This document shows positions 8,641 through 20,520 of a DNA stretch of 64,000 nt, in pieces. Source of the DNA: Diplonema japonicum (taxonomy: Eukaryota; Protista; Euglenozoa: Diplonemea); NCBI GenBank assembly GCA_964019335.1, contig OZ025753.1, forward strand, positions 62,001-126,000, in the 5' to 3' direction. Below the pieces are notes generated by a model that worked only from the letters and a program-made list of their open reading frames with translations, was not told where the DNA came from and searched no databases. Every line of letters begins with the position of its first letter. Positions within the stretch are counted from its first letter, which is position 1. The position numbers were made by a program, and so were the translations under genes.

Positions 8641-9477
8641 ACTTTTGTTCCCTGAAAAGTTCAAATCACAGCATTTAAAAAAATAATTCTTTATGACTAT
8701 ATGTCTTTGTTGTTCGCACGAGCAAAAAAGGTTTTTAAAAAGCTGCGAAAGTTTTTTGCTCGGCACAAGTTGCATATAGTTAAAAATCATTTTTTGAAAG
8801 ATAAATATTTGTAACAAAAAAAAAGAGTCGGTTGATTGTTACTTGTGCACAGCCGGGGGGGGGGGGGGGGGGGGGGGAAGTCGTTGTAGCCCGTGGGCTT
8901 TTCTTTTTCTTCTTCTTTTTCTTTTTCTTTTTCTTTTTCTTTTTCTTTTCTTTTGAATAAATGCTGGAAACGGATTTGGAACACGGGTGGAAGATTCTTT
9001 TCTGCTTCTTTTCTTGAAAAAGACAGAAAGGTTCAACTCTGGGCAGAAACTAGAGAGGAAGGTAAAGGGAGCACGCTCACCCTAAAGCCCAATAACGTCA
9101 AAGGGCAAATTCTGGCTCAAAATATTAATCAAGGTTTCACAAAGTATAAAAGGAAAATTACCGGAATGAAAAAATGCTCCAAACGCGAACGCTTGAGGGC
9201 CTTTTTCTCCTTCTTTTTTTTTTTTCAGGGGGCTGCGTCGCCAAAAAAAAGTGTTACTAGTACCCAGAAAATTCAGTCCTAGGGGCAAAAATGGGTTTTT
9301 TCACTTTGCACAAATTCAGTAAAAGAGGGGGTGACAAAAACGGATACTTTTAAACTTGCTGTTGAGAAGCTAGGGGTAAAAGAAAATGGTATTCGGGAGA
9401 ACCGAGAAAGGGTAAATGGGAACACCACGGCGATCAGGACACCCGCCACAGAGGTTCTTGAGAAGCTCAGTGGCAAC

Positions 9478-9574
9478 TACTGGTCATAACTTCTTGGAGA
9501 GGTGCAAAAAACTAGAAACCATCAACTTGAATGCGATGGCCAATCTTTCTTCCATTGGTGATGGCTTCTTGTTC
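9478..9574 (+). pseudogene. Fragment of a BspA-type LRR gene
   Basis: GHNFLERCKKLETINLNAMANLSSIGDGFLF closely matches the repeat in the gene at 13239-13943; followed by T-rich non-coding sequence. Confidence 0.7.
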
Positions 9575-9682
9575 ACAACATATATATTCTCCCTCCCTTT
9601 TTTCTTTGTCGATGTTTTTTTTTTTTTTTTGCATCTTTGTCCTAACCTCCCCTCCTTAGGTTTAGAAACAACGCGAAAGAAA

Positions 9683-11542
9683 ATGATCGGAAGCAAAATC
9701 CTTCTCATAGCCAACAGCTTGTGCATCATGGTGCTCATGACGACAGTGATGTTGACTGCCCGTGCGATGGATGCCTTTCAGACTGGTACCGAAACACAGC
9801 TGGCCACGATCCAGCTTGCGATGGAGCTCAGACAGTCGTCCGACGACCTTACCAGGTTTGTGAGGACATATGCTGTCACGGGGAACTCGTCCTACTGGGA
9901 TTACTTCTTAAACGTGTTGAGCATCAGGAACGGGGAGACACCTCTTCCGATTGAGCCCTATAGAATCTACTGGGACCTCTACGTTCTGGCGGGTCCGCCA
10001 AGAGATTTCGGTCCACCCCACTCACTTGAGGACAGAATGAGAAACGCAGGATTCACCGAAAAAGAGCTTGGTCTTGTCCAAGCAGCCAAGGACAAGAGCG
10101 ACGAACTCATCGACTTGGAAACGGTGGCGTCCAATGCTATGGTAGGCCTGTACCGACCGGGGGACCCTACCCTCGTACCACAGCGGGACGTGTCCAACTT
10201 AACAGCAGCACAGAAGCTGGAGTTCAGTGTGTCGGCTCCGATGAATCAAACCTATGCCATGAACCTTGTGCACGGGTGGGACTACCACAGATACAAGGCG
10301 GGGATCATGAAGCCACTTGATGACTTTTACGTTGAAGCGCACCGCCGAACGAGTTCGTTGTCAGCAATCCGACGGACGACCACCATTCTGACTATCTTGC
10401 AGATCACCGTGATTGCCGTTCTGATCGGCGTTGTCTGCGCCCTGGCCTTCGCACACTACAACGAGGTTCTTGAAAAGAAGAAGCTGGTGGAGCAAAAGCT
10501 TGAGGCTGAACAAATCGCGGATGCGATCAGCTGCTTGGACCTGATGTCCATGGACTACCTCGAGCGTTTGAAAACCCCCAATATGCTGCAATGCGCGTTC
10601 ATCAAAATCATCAAAAACCTGAAGCTGTACAAACCGTACCTCCCGTCTCATCTCATAGATGGGGAGGGGTTAGAGAAGGAGGAAGATATGTCAGAATCTA
10701 AGGTGTCTCGCACCTCGCGTGCAGATTCGTTTCAAAGCTTGCGGTCGGTCAACGAGGTGAAGAAGCGCATGGCCTTGGGGATTGAAAAGAAGCGGATCAT
10801 CGCGGTGGCCGTGTCGTGCAAGTACGAGAAGCTCTCGATAAGCAAGCTTCCCGACCACATTGCGAAGCTATCCGACTTCCTCTTTTCGGTGTCGACCATC
10901 AGCAACGGGACCACACACATGACACCGGCAGGGCAGTTTTTCGTTTGCTTTGTTGCCGGGCGATGCGTGAACAGGGAAGCAGCTGCTCAAAACCTGGCCG
11001 CGAAGCTCCACATTGCACAGGACAGCGACTTCTTGAGGGCATTGAGCATTTCTTGCGGTGTGTCAAGTGGGGTCGAAGGCTGTGGAAACGTCGGCGGTGA
11101 ACACCAGCGAGGCTTCATGCACACCGGGGAGGTCCTGAACCTCGCAAAGTACATCGCCGACATGACTAGTTTCATTAACGTTTTCGTGCTCATTGAGGAG
11201 ACTGCTGTCAGGAAAATGGCTGGTGTCCTTGCTGTCCTTCGTGCCCGTTTGGCCACAGATGCCAACTCCACTTTCTATCACTGTTACGAGTACATTGGGG
11301 AAGAGGAGGTTGCCAACGAGGAGTGGCTCTACCAGCTGCAGAACATATCGGATGCTCCAACAGCAAAGCTGAACACCACCATCATGCAGCTTTACTCACA
11401 GCCAGATGCCGTTGATGTGAGCGGGATCCCGAACACACTCGAAATCCCTGCGATGGAACCTTACAGCCTGCAGTGGCTCAGAGTGGGGGATTATATCCCA
11501 CCGACTTACACGCATATGTGCACTTCGTTGCTTAAACAATGA
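9683..11542 (+). CDS. Receptor-type adenylate/guanylate cyclase-like protein with a bacterial chemoreceptor-type sensor domain; cyclase domain looks degenerate
   Basis: TM1, then LAMELRQSSDDLTRFVRTYAVTG...IRNG...RIYWD...AGFTEKE...YHRYKAGIMKPLDDF, TM2, KNLKLYKPYLP, class III cyclase-like CGVSSG..CGNVG, EEWLYQL. ATG 9683 lies just after a polypyrimidine tract and AG. Confidence 0.8.
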   Translation: MIGSKILLIANSLCIMVLMTTVMLTARAMDAFQTGTETQLATIQLAMELRQSSDDLTRFVRTYAVTGNSSYWDYFLNVLSIRNGETPLPIEPYRIYWDLYVLAGPPRDFGPPHSLEDRMRNAGFTEKELGLVQAAKDKSDELIDLETVASNAMVGLYRPGDPTLVPQRDVSNLTAAQKLEFSVSAPMNQTYAMNLVHGWDYHRYKAGIMKPLDDFYVEAHRRTSSLSAIRRTTTILTILQITVIAVLIGVVCALAFAHYNEVLEKKKLVEQKLEAEQIADAISCLDLMSMDYLERLKTPNMLQCAFIKIIKNLKLYKPYLPSHLIDGEGLEKEEDMSESKVSRTSRADSFQSLRSVNEVKKRMALGIEKKRIIAVAVSCKYEKLSISKLPDHIAKLSDFLFSVSTISNGTTHMTPAGQFFVCFVAGRCVNREAAAQNLAAKLHIAQDSDFLRALSISCGVSSGVEGCGNVGGEHQRGFMHTGEVLNLAKYIADMTSFINVFVLIEETAVRKMAGVLAVLRARLATDANSTFYHCYEYIGEEEVANEEWLYQLQNISDAPTAKLNTTIMQLYSQPDAVDVSGIPNTLEIPAMEPYSLQWLRVGDYIPPTYTHMCTSLLKQ

Positions 11543-11814
11543 GATTCTTTTTCATTGGGACCAAAATGCCCTTGAAAAATGAAGGACCATATGACCCCCC
11601 CCCCATTAAAGAAAAGAAAGTGTAGATATGATTATTGGCTATTTGCGTGCCCTTACGTGTTTAACTCTGCACGAAGCAAAAAAAAAAGAATAAAAAGCAA
11701 GAAACTTACCAATGCAAAATTTTGCTACAAGAAGTAGTTTGTTTGCAGGCCCCTAGCCCCCCCAACCCTCGCTATGTTTCCGCAAATGCAGGGTGCCAAC
11801 ACGGGCCTCCTTGT

Positions 11815-11911
11815 GATGGAACCTTACAGCCTGCAGTGGCTCAGAGTGGGGGATTATATCCCACCGACTTACACGCATATGTGCACTTCGTTGCTTAAAC
11901 AATGAGATTCT
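11815..11911 (+). repeat. 97-bp duplicate of the 3' end of the cyclase-like gene
   Basis: Identical to 11452-11548. Confidence 0.9.
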
Positions 11912-11929
11912 GTTTCATTTTTTTCATTT

Positions 11930-12052
11930 TTTTTGCAAGAACGAGTCTTTAACTTGTCTAAGACTTGTCGAAACAAAAGGGGAACGTTGGCAACGTGTTT
12001 GGGTTGACAAACTTCTCCAGGTTTTACCCGGCACGTACAAACAACGGCCAGT

Positions 12053-12057
<5 letters not shown>
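11930..12057 (-). repeat. Short interspersed ~120-bp repeat (SINE-like), copy 1
   Basis: TGCAAGAACGAGTCTTT...CCGGCACGTACAAACAACGGCCAGTTCC recurs at ~33588-33706 and ~42399-42511. Each copy is preceded by a T-run (A-tail on the minus strand). Confidence 0.7.
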
Positions 12058-12096
<39 letters not shown>

Positions 12097-13238
12097 CTCG
12101 AGCCGGGTTTTCAAGGGTGGGAGTGAAAATAAGATTTTACTTTATGTCACTCTCAGCTTTATTTTCACTCCCAGTTACCTTGAAATTAGGCCCAGGAGTG
12201 AAATAATGTTCGAGCGTGAAATAATGTAACATTATTTCACTCCTGGACCTAGGTTTAGGGCAAGTTACAGCAAGATCAACGCCATCACCCAACGAAACTT
12301 CAGTAAGAAAATGCAGAGCTTTCCCGGGGTTGCACTTCTTTTGAAGAAGGCCATGAGGCGAAAAAAAGCTTCGGTGTTAAGTTAGGAACAAATGAAAGAG
12401 TATCTGGCAGTGACCTATGAAAAATTCAGTTTTAGGGGTCAAAATCGGGTTTTAGTGGTTTTGGTAAAGTCAGAGAGTATGCTTTCAATAGCAAGAAATA
12501 GCGGAACTCACTACTAGAAGGTGGCTGAAATGATGTTGGAAGTGGAAACCTTCATTTCCTAGTCTTCTGCGGCTGAGATGTGCTGCTGAGTGGGCGACCT
12601 CGTTTCTTCTTCATACTATTAGGCCTTCTACCGCATTTTGAGGGGGTTTTAAGAGGCTCATTCGTAGGTGTACTTGGTGCTTTGGGCTTGTCATGGGGAG
12701 TGTCGAGTGTTTTTGTAATTTGGTCACTATTCTTTCTCGTTTTTCAAGTCCGGGAAGGCTATCAAGAACGTCCTCATACTCATCACAAGATTCATAGACT
12801 GGGGGCCTTTTCTCTACCCTGTCTGCATCGAGTTCTTTGATGATGTACTTTAGTTCCTTCTAGCTCGTGGGTGCGAGCAAATACACCCTCCGTGTGCTCC
12901 TGAGCTCATATGCACCTGTAAAATCCGGAAACTCAAGAATCTTCTTTTTGTACGGTCCAAAGACATCAGTAACTACATGCACGGCGCACCGTATCGTATT
13001 GGTGATGTTAGCTATTTGTTCCACAGTTTTAATTGTTGTAGAACGAGGCACCCAAAGCCAAACACGAGAGAGCACACCAAAGTGGCTGTCCCTGCCCTTA
13101 TTTCGTCATGTGTGATGTGGTCAAGCCTCATGCCTCTGACCAATTGGCGCCGTGTGGTGTCTTGTTGGCTACTAAACCAACCAGAAAATGATAGCAGAAG
13201 TGCCGCTAAAAGTTCCCCTTTACACACTACTTCACAAA

Positions 13239-13943
13239 CTAGTGCAGCACAGTAATGGAAGAAAGATTGGTCAACGTATTCAAGTCGATGGTTTCTAGTT
13301 TTTCGCACCCAAACAAGAAGCCATCACCAATAGAAGAAAGATTGGTCATCGCATTCAAGTTGATGGTTTCTAGATTTTTGCACTTATATAAAAGATTTTC
13401 ATCAATGGTGGAAACATTGGGGAGGATGAGATCAACAGACGTCAGGTGGTCGCACTCTTCAAGAAACTCAGAGCCTATCCTTGTAACACAGCCTGTGGAG
13501 TCGGTGACAACGAGGAACCGAAGTTCAGAAGGAAGGACCGTCCTGTCCATGGACAAGACTTCGACAGCTGGCGAGTTCCCCACCTCCACCACCAGAACCA
13601 GCTCAGGGACAGCTCTCACAAGCTCCTCAAGCTCTGAAACCACTTCTGAGCTCTCAAGCTCCTCCAGCTGAACGGTTCTCATCTTCGCCTCCACATGGAC
13701 CACGCTGCCCTCCACGAGCCCGAGTTCCTGGATATCTTCACCCCCGTTCCTGTCCAGGACCTCTCCCTCCCAAACCAGTTCGAACTTGCCTTCGAGTAAA
13801 CCAGCAGCACACCCCGCCTTCTTGTACAGGATCCCCACCGTCTCCTTCCCCGACACTTCCACATCGTGAACCCCGCCTCCCGTCTTCACGAACACTGTCA
13901 TATCGTTCACCTCTTCACCTGATCCCTCTCTCTTTCCATTCAT
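13239..13943 (-). pseudogene. Ubiquitin-like domain + BspA-type LRR protein, probably 3'-truncated
   Basis: MTVFVKTGGGVHDVEVSGKETVG...FELVWEGEVL (UBL fold signature, likely ATG 13901), then about three 25-aa LRRs ending abruptly. Paralogue of 35463-36764. Confidence 0.75.
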
Positions 13944-14360
13944 AAAAAAGTTGTCTCGATTTTAGTGGTGCCATGCAGTATGTGACACAGCGGCCACCCT
14001 TGTGAAACTTCGCCCCGAAGCCTCCCAAGTCCCCTGTGGTCCCGTAGAAGGTAAAAGTGGAGAGGTAAAGAAAGCTTGGAAATTGAAATAGGGAGAGGGG
14101 CCACAGAAGCAATTAAACACCAACTGGAGAGTTGTGGGAGGCTTGCTTCACTGGCACGATGCCGCGGGGAGGCTACTTGCCTGACCTGGTGAAGCCACCT
14201 CGCGATGCTAACTGGCGCCACGCGTAGGGTGGGCTCTCCACCCCCTTCCAGGTTTCCCCACGTGTACGGCTTTAGAACGAGAGTTTCCCTTTCGCTTGTG
14301 TTTCTCCAAACCACAATTACCAGGAACCACCACAGGGAGGTTGGAAACATTGGTCCCCAA

Positions 14361-17300
14361 AAAAGGAAAAAGGTGACTGACATCCTCAAGAGGAGCCTCC
14401 CACGTACCAGGAATTAAGCAGAGGTTGCTTCCATGGCCCGTATCAGTCTACCGCCGGAAAGAATAATGAAAATAACGGAACGAAGCGAAAAAGGAAAAGA
14501 GAGAAGACGGCCTGGTCGCCAGGAAGTGCTGGTTCAGACGCGTCGGCGGACGCAGTTTAACGTCATACCCGGGACCGAAAACATGTAGGAAAAGGCAAAA
14601 GCAGAAAAGGTAATAACAAGCTTAAAATTGGAAAGATAATGGAATGGGTGGAAACTAAATAATAGGGTGCGAGATCTGTGAAACCTTGCATAGCCTATCG
14701 CCCTCGTAGCACGCCGGGCCGGCACTCCTACATTGTGTAGGGTTGTTTCCGATTGTTCCTAGTTGTAGGAATGCAGGACAGTCGACCACTGCGATTCGTT
14801 GTAATAGAGGGTCCCGGCCCCTACAAAGTCAGCGAGCAGGGCTGCCACGGTCAGTAGGACTTGTCCCCGAACCCTTGGGTTTGCAGCAGAAAGCCCTGTT
14901 CCTGGCGGGATGCGTAGTGCCACGTCGAGCCGTGATCAGCAGGCACGGGATCACAACCCGTGTGTCGAGGGGGACCGCGACCAGGGGGGCCTCACCCAAG
15001 AAGTGAGTGCACGCCCTGGACATGCAGTTGGGGTCAAAAATGGCCTCGCCCTTGGAAAGAAAGCCCAGATGTCGAAGCTCATCCAGGTCCTCAGGGCCGT
15101 CAACGCCTGCATCCTTGGTGAGCCTCCGGAGGGCGACGAGCCCAGTGATCCTGGTGTTCGGCCGCGTCGCGGCGAGATCTCGCTTGGCCGCGGGGAGTGC
15201 AGGACCGTCCTCAGGCTCCGGGCGTTTGTTCCTCTGTGCGTTGTAGGTGATCAGGAGAGGGGTCTTCCCCGAAGGTCTAGCTTTATCGCCTCCTGGGGTC
15301 TCGGAGCCAAAGAGCGGGTGCTTCCATCCGCCTTGGGCGAAGAACTCCGACCACCACTGTTGCTGCACCGGGGTGTTCAGTCCCGAATGCCACTCGTGAG
15401 ACAGCCGGAGACGCTCGGACTCAGGCAGTGCGTTGTGCGCAGTCAAAAGTAGTTGCTCTTGGTTGGCGACAGTTACTTGTTGGTCGGTAGTTCTGACCGC
15501 GTCACGAGCCTCGAGCAGCAGTTGATGTGGAGGGGTGTCCAGGTGCTTCGGGAGGGACCCGACCGCCAGGATCCGTCTCTGGTGCTCGTCCAAGAGCTCC
15601 ACGTAAGAAGAAGCACGACGGCACTGCATACGAGCACGAAAGCCGTCGTGGTAAGAGTTCTACATCCACCGACGACGAAGGGCTTCTCATCCTTCGCGAA
15701 CAGTCCCAGGGCCTTGACCAGGATGCCCTCGACCGAAGGCTCCCCAAAGACGGATGGCCGCTACCTCAGTCTCTTGGTCTACTTCCGACAACGACCGAGG
15801 GTTTATCCGGGGAGTCCTGTGTGAGGTCGATCACCTCTGGGGCCCCGTTTGTTCGAGGAGGGTCAAGGGGGGCAACTGCCTCGGTTCGGGCAACGGGCGC
15901 CTCCAGGGTCGGTGTTTGGACGCCGACCGCCGGTTGGAGTGTCGCGTGTCCCATGCCGGGAGGCATCGGCGTGTCAATCCCGAGCCCGATGTCCTGATGG
16001 GCGGACTGGGTGCATATCGTAAGCTGGGCGGCCCCAGGGACCGTCACTAGGGCTCCAATCGTCTGGTGGATGCCCAGGGGGCCCCCTGCCGACTCGGGCG
16101 TCGTCGCCTCGACTCGGACTAAGGATGGCTCCGCAGCCGACGTCGATTCGGTGCTGATAACCGGTTGGAGTGTCGCGTGTCGCATGCCAGACGGCATCGG
16201 TGTGTCAAACCCGTGCCCGGTGCAGACCGCGAGCTCAGTGGGTGCCACGCTCGTTGATGGCGGCTGGCACGGTGTCAACTGCGGCCCAGCATTCGTCCGT
16301 CTCAACAGAGTCGCGCGGGGTGTAGAGGCTGCTGAAATGGTTTTAAGTTAGGATGAAGAAGCGAAGAAATAGATAAAAAGGGGTGGGAAAGAATAAATAC
16401 TGCATACGAAAACAGAGAGTCGAGTAAAAAAGGGAAAAGGCTGCAAGCGATCGCGGTTCTGTAGCCTCCGAAACCGGCCTGGCCGAGGTCGCAGGCGTCC
16501 TCAGTTCTATAGACCTTGTGAATAGCCTGACCTCTGGTGAAACGGGTGTCTGCAGTTTTGCCGACTTCGTAAAAAGCTTGATCGGCGCGGCGTCCTCAAT
16601 TCCGCGTATATTGGACAGGTGTTGCGGTCGGGTCCGTCTGACAGGCTGCGACTGCTATCTGTGGCGCAGACTTCCGCAAACTTGCGACCTTCGGGAAAAG
16701 TGGGATCGTTCCAACTAAGTCTGTCTGGCTCGTCGCAGATGTGGTGGCGACAGAGCATCCGGTGTGCACGGCCCGGACGGCCACAGCGGCAACTAGGGCC
16801 ACGAAGGTTATGGCGACGGGACGCTCGATGTGAGCAGTGTGTGTAGTCATAGATGGAGCGGCGGCTGTCGTGTCAGACCGTCTGACGCGTGTGGCATGTG
16901 CAGCTACGGCTGCGGCCTTGGTGACGTAGATAAGGAGGGTGCGGTCATCCGGGGTGTTGACAGCACCCTCAGCCGTTTCTGGATTCGAGTAGCTTGCCTG
17001 CGGTGCCGCCGGGGTGACGACCGGCTCTAACTCGCGGCTCTGCCTCAGGGTCAAGAACACGAGTAATGTGTTTCCTGCCCGGGGCTGTCTCGGCCCACGT
17101 CTTGTCTGTGATGCAGAGGATGCTGTGCTCGCAGTAGGTCGTGCAAAGCTGTTGGACACGCTGGGTCCTTAACTTTTTGTCGGTGTCTTTAACGACGTAC
17201 CGTCCGTTTGTAAGGAGAGCGATAATCCAGTGGCCGCTGCGACTGCGCTTCAGGGGACCGATTATCAGACAAGGGGCTTTCATGCCCGCGCTGAAAGTTA

Positions 17301-17963
17301 CCAATTTTGCTCCGACTACCATGAGGCAGGCGCGTGACATGGTTGAGCGATCGGGCGCTTCTGCGTTGTCGGAAGGGTTGACGCTTCGTGCGAAGCCGTG
17401 GTACATCTTCTGGATCTCTTGCATTGTAGAGAAGGGGATGCGATCCACCCCGGCATACTCTGCCAACCAGTTTATGACGGCCCAACCGCATTCCAGGCCC
17501 CAACGACCCTCCCCACTTTTGTTGTGCAGGTTGATGGGGCCTTGTATTGTTGCAGGACCTTAGAGAAAAAGGCCCGCAAGTGATTTCTCTCCGAGGCAAA
17601 GCGCCGATCCACTCGTTCGATGAGGAAGGCGTTGTACGCTTTCCGCAGGCCATCCCCGTCGTGACCGCGGTCCAAGAGCAGGTAGATCACTGAGGCGATC
17701 TCGCGTCGGAGGTCCGCGATGTTGTTGGTCAGGGCGCAGGCACGGATGACCATGCCTTTGAAGATGCCTGGACCCTGAGTGGTGGGGGCCGCGGTGTGCC
17801 CGTGGGTGAAACGAGTAGGCTGGAAGTGCCAGTTCTGGGCCTTGTCGTTTATGCTGAGCCTAATGTAGTTGTACTTAGGCTGCTCGTGGCGCTCTATCCG
17901 GATGCGGATCCCGATGAAGGGGACGTCGCACGGGTCGGATGAGGTCTTTACGTATGCCATGCC
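14361..17963 (-). mobile_element. Diverged, 5'-truncated and disrupted copy of the same PLE family
   Basis: RT C-terminus (MAYVKTSSDPCDVPF...), ORF2 pieces (ECGWAVINW, GHWIIAL...KDTD, VIDLTQDSPD, GGWKHPLFGSE) and pLTR islands. Has deletions, frameshifts, an internal inversion and a nested insertion. Confidence 0.9.
16332..16438 (-). repeat. Terminal piece of the young pLTR inserted into the old PLE
   Basis: Reverse complement of the last ~107 bp of the pLTR; flanked by GGCTG at 16327-16331 and 16439-16443. Confidence 0.85.
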
Positions 17964-18120
17964 AACACAGTCATATCTGAACCGACTCTAAGAGCCGAAC
18001 TCCCCCTTCCCCCCCTCCCAGTTTATCTTCACAGGTCGCCACCAACACTGGCCTCTATCTCTTATATTCGTTACCCTATTCGGGAAACAAAGGTTGCTTC
18101 CCCAACGCGTTCCATTCTCG

Positions 18121-18207
18121 GGTTTTCGTATGCAGTATTTATCCTTCTTCACCCCCTTTTTAATTTACCTTTTCGCTTTTTTATTCCCACTTGCAATATC
18201 ATTTCAG
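18121..18207 (+). repeat. Diverged pLTR 3'-terminal fragment
   Basis: GTTTTCGTATGCAGTATTTAT...CATTTCAG aligns with the pLTR end, with substitutions. Confidence 0.7.
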
Positions 18208-18487
18208 TTCCCCTATTCGGGAAAAAAAGGTTCTCATAAATCTTCATAAACCATAAACTTTGTAAGGTAAATTATTTTGTAAGAATACTTTCCCCTTAAG
18301 CGAGTCTCCATTCCCTATCTTCTTTTTCTTTTTTTTCCGACCCCCCGGGTGCGAGCATGTGATGTGGTGTACTGAGCGTGCGCTTGACTTGTGTCACCTT
18401 GTTAAAAAGATCGTATCTTCTTCTCTTTCTTTTTGCACCCCAAAAGGTGGTCTTACTTACCTGAGAGAACAAAAGAAAAATGTTTTC

Positions 18488-18516
18488 TACCAACGATTCT
18501 AAAGCTACAATTTCTG
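18488..18516 (+). other. Partial SL exon relic
   Basis: TACCAACGATTCTAAAGCTACAATTTCTG, one mismatch to the first 29 nt of the relic at 7165-7203. Confidence 0.8.
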
Positions 18517-18856
18517 CATCAAGGTCACGAAGACAAAATACCACCGCAAGGCCGAGGTGGTGTCTGCCAGACTAGCATTCCCTGTCAACATCTTAAACGA
18601 CAACTAGCACGACTCCAAGCAATGTTTCTCGCCCAGATGCCGTCCATCTCATCGCGACACAGCCTCTCTTTTACGTTGAAAGAGAGGTTATTATATTCTC
18701 TTCCATCTGTCGTTTCGCCTGGGTGTGTCATGACGCACAGCTTTTAAAAAAAAAAAAAGAGTAGCTTTCTATTTTTCTTTTTTTTTTTGTCTTTGTATCT
18801 TGTTAAATGATTCTGCCACAGGTTGGAAGAAAAAAAAAAAGAAAAATTACGAATAA

Positions 18857-18918
18857 ATGAACGGTCTTCTGGACATGTTGCTGCTGGCTGCCCTCCTCGC
18901 AAGCAGTGCTGCGGCACT
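18857..18918 (+). pseudogene. Signal-peptide fragment of an LVIVD-repeat gene
   Basis: MNGLLDMLLLAALLASSAAA matches the starts at 19537 and ~54187. Confidence 0.65.
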
Positions 18919-18924
18919 ATAGCT

Positions 18925-19040
18925 GGAGCTCCCCAGGACCAGTCGAAAAGACCTATCATCGCCCAACTAACGCCGTGTCTCGCATGGACCCTCTTGACCC
19001 TCTTCTCGTGCAAGGGCTGAGCGGATTTTTCAGGATGTGG
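18925..19040 (-). repeat. Diverged homologue of part of the PLE 5' UTR
   Basis: Reverse complement aligns with ~44049-44156; 18951-18991 is identical to 44090-44130. Confidence 0.8.
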
Positions 19041-19536
19041 GGAAGCGGAAGAGAAGAAAACCCTGCGACGGGACAACAGCAGCGGTCTAGTACTGGGCAG
19101 AAACAAGTGCTCTGGTACCGACCACCATTCGCCTCTTCGCTTGCATCGAAAGGCGGCATGTGTTGGGAGAACCGGTGTCAGCATCCCACAATTGCGTCGA
19201 TTGGAGTCTGCTCCGGTCCAACCCGCTGCGAAAGGAGGGCTTGGTGGTGTTTGGGGGGATAGTGTCCTTCTCTTCGTCCTGCTGGGCGAATAAGTTACAC
19301 GAGTAGTTGGGAGGACTGGGAATATACCAAGCTTGCTGATAGATTCTTTAGGGGTACAGCACATGCATATACGGGGGGAAGGCTAGGGCAGGGTGGGCCC
19401 AAATGATGCTTCGAACGCCCAGAAAGAAAAAAATACCGGAAATTTATTGTTTTACAGTATTTTTTCTTTTTCTTTGTTATATTGTTAAATGTTGTTTTCT
19501 CACAGCCACAGGTTGAGAAAAGAAAAATACGAATAG

Positions 19537-19734
19537 ATGAATAGTCTTCGGGACATGTTGCTGCTGGCAGCCCTCATCGCAAGCAGTGCTGCGGCACCAC
19601 TCAGTCGCATTGGAGGCATCGATGCCCTCGGTGATGTCAACGACGTGCAAACGATAGGGAACATCGCTTACGTTGCAGGCGGGGCCACGGGTCACATGAT
19701 ATTCGATGTCAGTAATGTGTCGTCGCCGAGCTAA
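19537..19734 (+). pseudogene. N-terminal fragment of an LVIVD-repeat surface protein gene
   Basis: Signal peptide + NIAYVAGGATGHMIFDVSNVSSP, near-identical to ~54210-54380, then truncated. Confidence 0.75.
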
Positions 19735-20520
19735 CATCAACCACCACCACGAGGCAATAACCCCCAGGTACCTAACCGTGGTTACCCTGTTCAAAGAATA
19801 CAAAAGAAATTGCTCGTAAGTGCCCAAAACCGGGCGGAAATCCGAATTTTCGGTCGGAAGGAGTGTAGCTCATGGGTTAGGTAGGCTAGTTTCTTTGATT
19901 TCAAAAAGAAAACTTGGAAACGCGTTTAAAGCTCTAATTGGTCATTTCCCCTCCCCTCCTCCTCATCCACATCAGTTTGCTAAAGAGTTCGTGCTAACAT
20001 CGACCAGCACCACGGGGCATGTGCGCGTACGCAAAGCAGAACGAAGGCGGCCGAGAAAATGGAAGCTGCTGGAAGGCTGGGTTTCGGACCTCTTATCAGC
20101 CATGACAGAATTCTTGTGAGAAAGCCACAGAGCAAAAGTGCAAAGACCCAACGAGGCGAAGAGCGAGCATCCGAGAAAATATCCCCCCACGTCCCAGAGT
20201 GCTGTGGTGGACCGAAGAAACCCGAAAACTGCAAGACGAAGAGATCACCCTGCAGAGACGGGAGATAATGCGATGACCAATCTTTTTTTCCATCTGGTGA
20301 TGACTTCCACCATGGGTAAGATACAGAAATAACATTAAAACATTGTACAAATGAGAAGTCCGCTTCAGTTTTGAAATCAGATCATCTTTATGTTTCTGAT
20401 GATAAAGATCATGAAAATATAAGATGTGTTGTTTCACCGTTGACTCCCGACTGTGGCACTTAGGATGTTGGTTAGGCTTTTTTTTTTGCATAAAATTAAT
20501 TTTTTCTTTTCAGTCAGGAG

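Noticed and set aside
9416-9682. N-terminal extension of the cyclase-like ORF
   Set aside because: Made of an LRR gene fragment plus a polypyrimidine tract; ATG 9683 is the more plausible start.
12860-13240. Possible degenerate transposase (IRCAVHVV, CxxH-like)
   Set aside because: One short motif with no supporting DDE or RW motifs.
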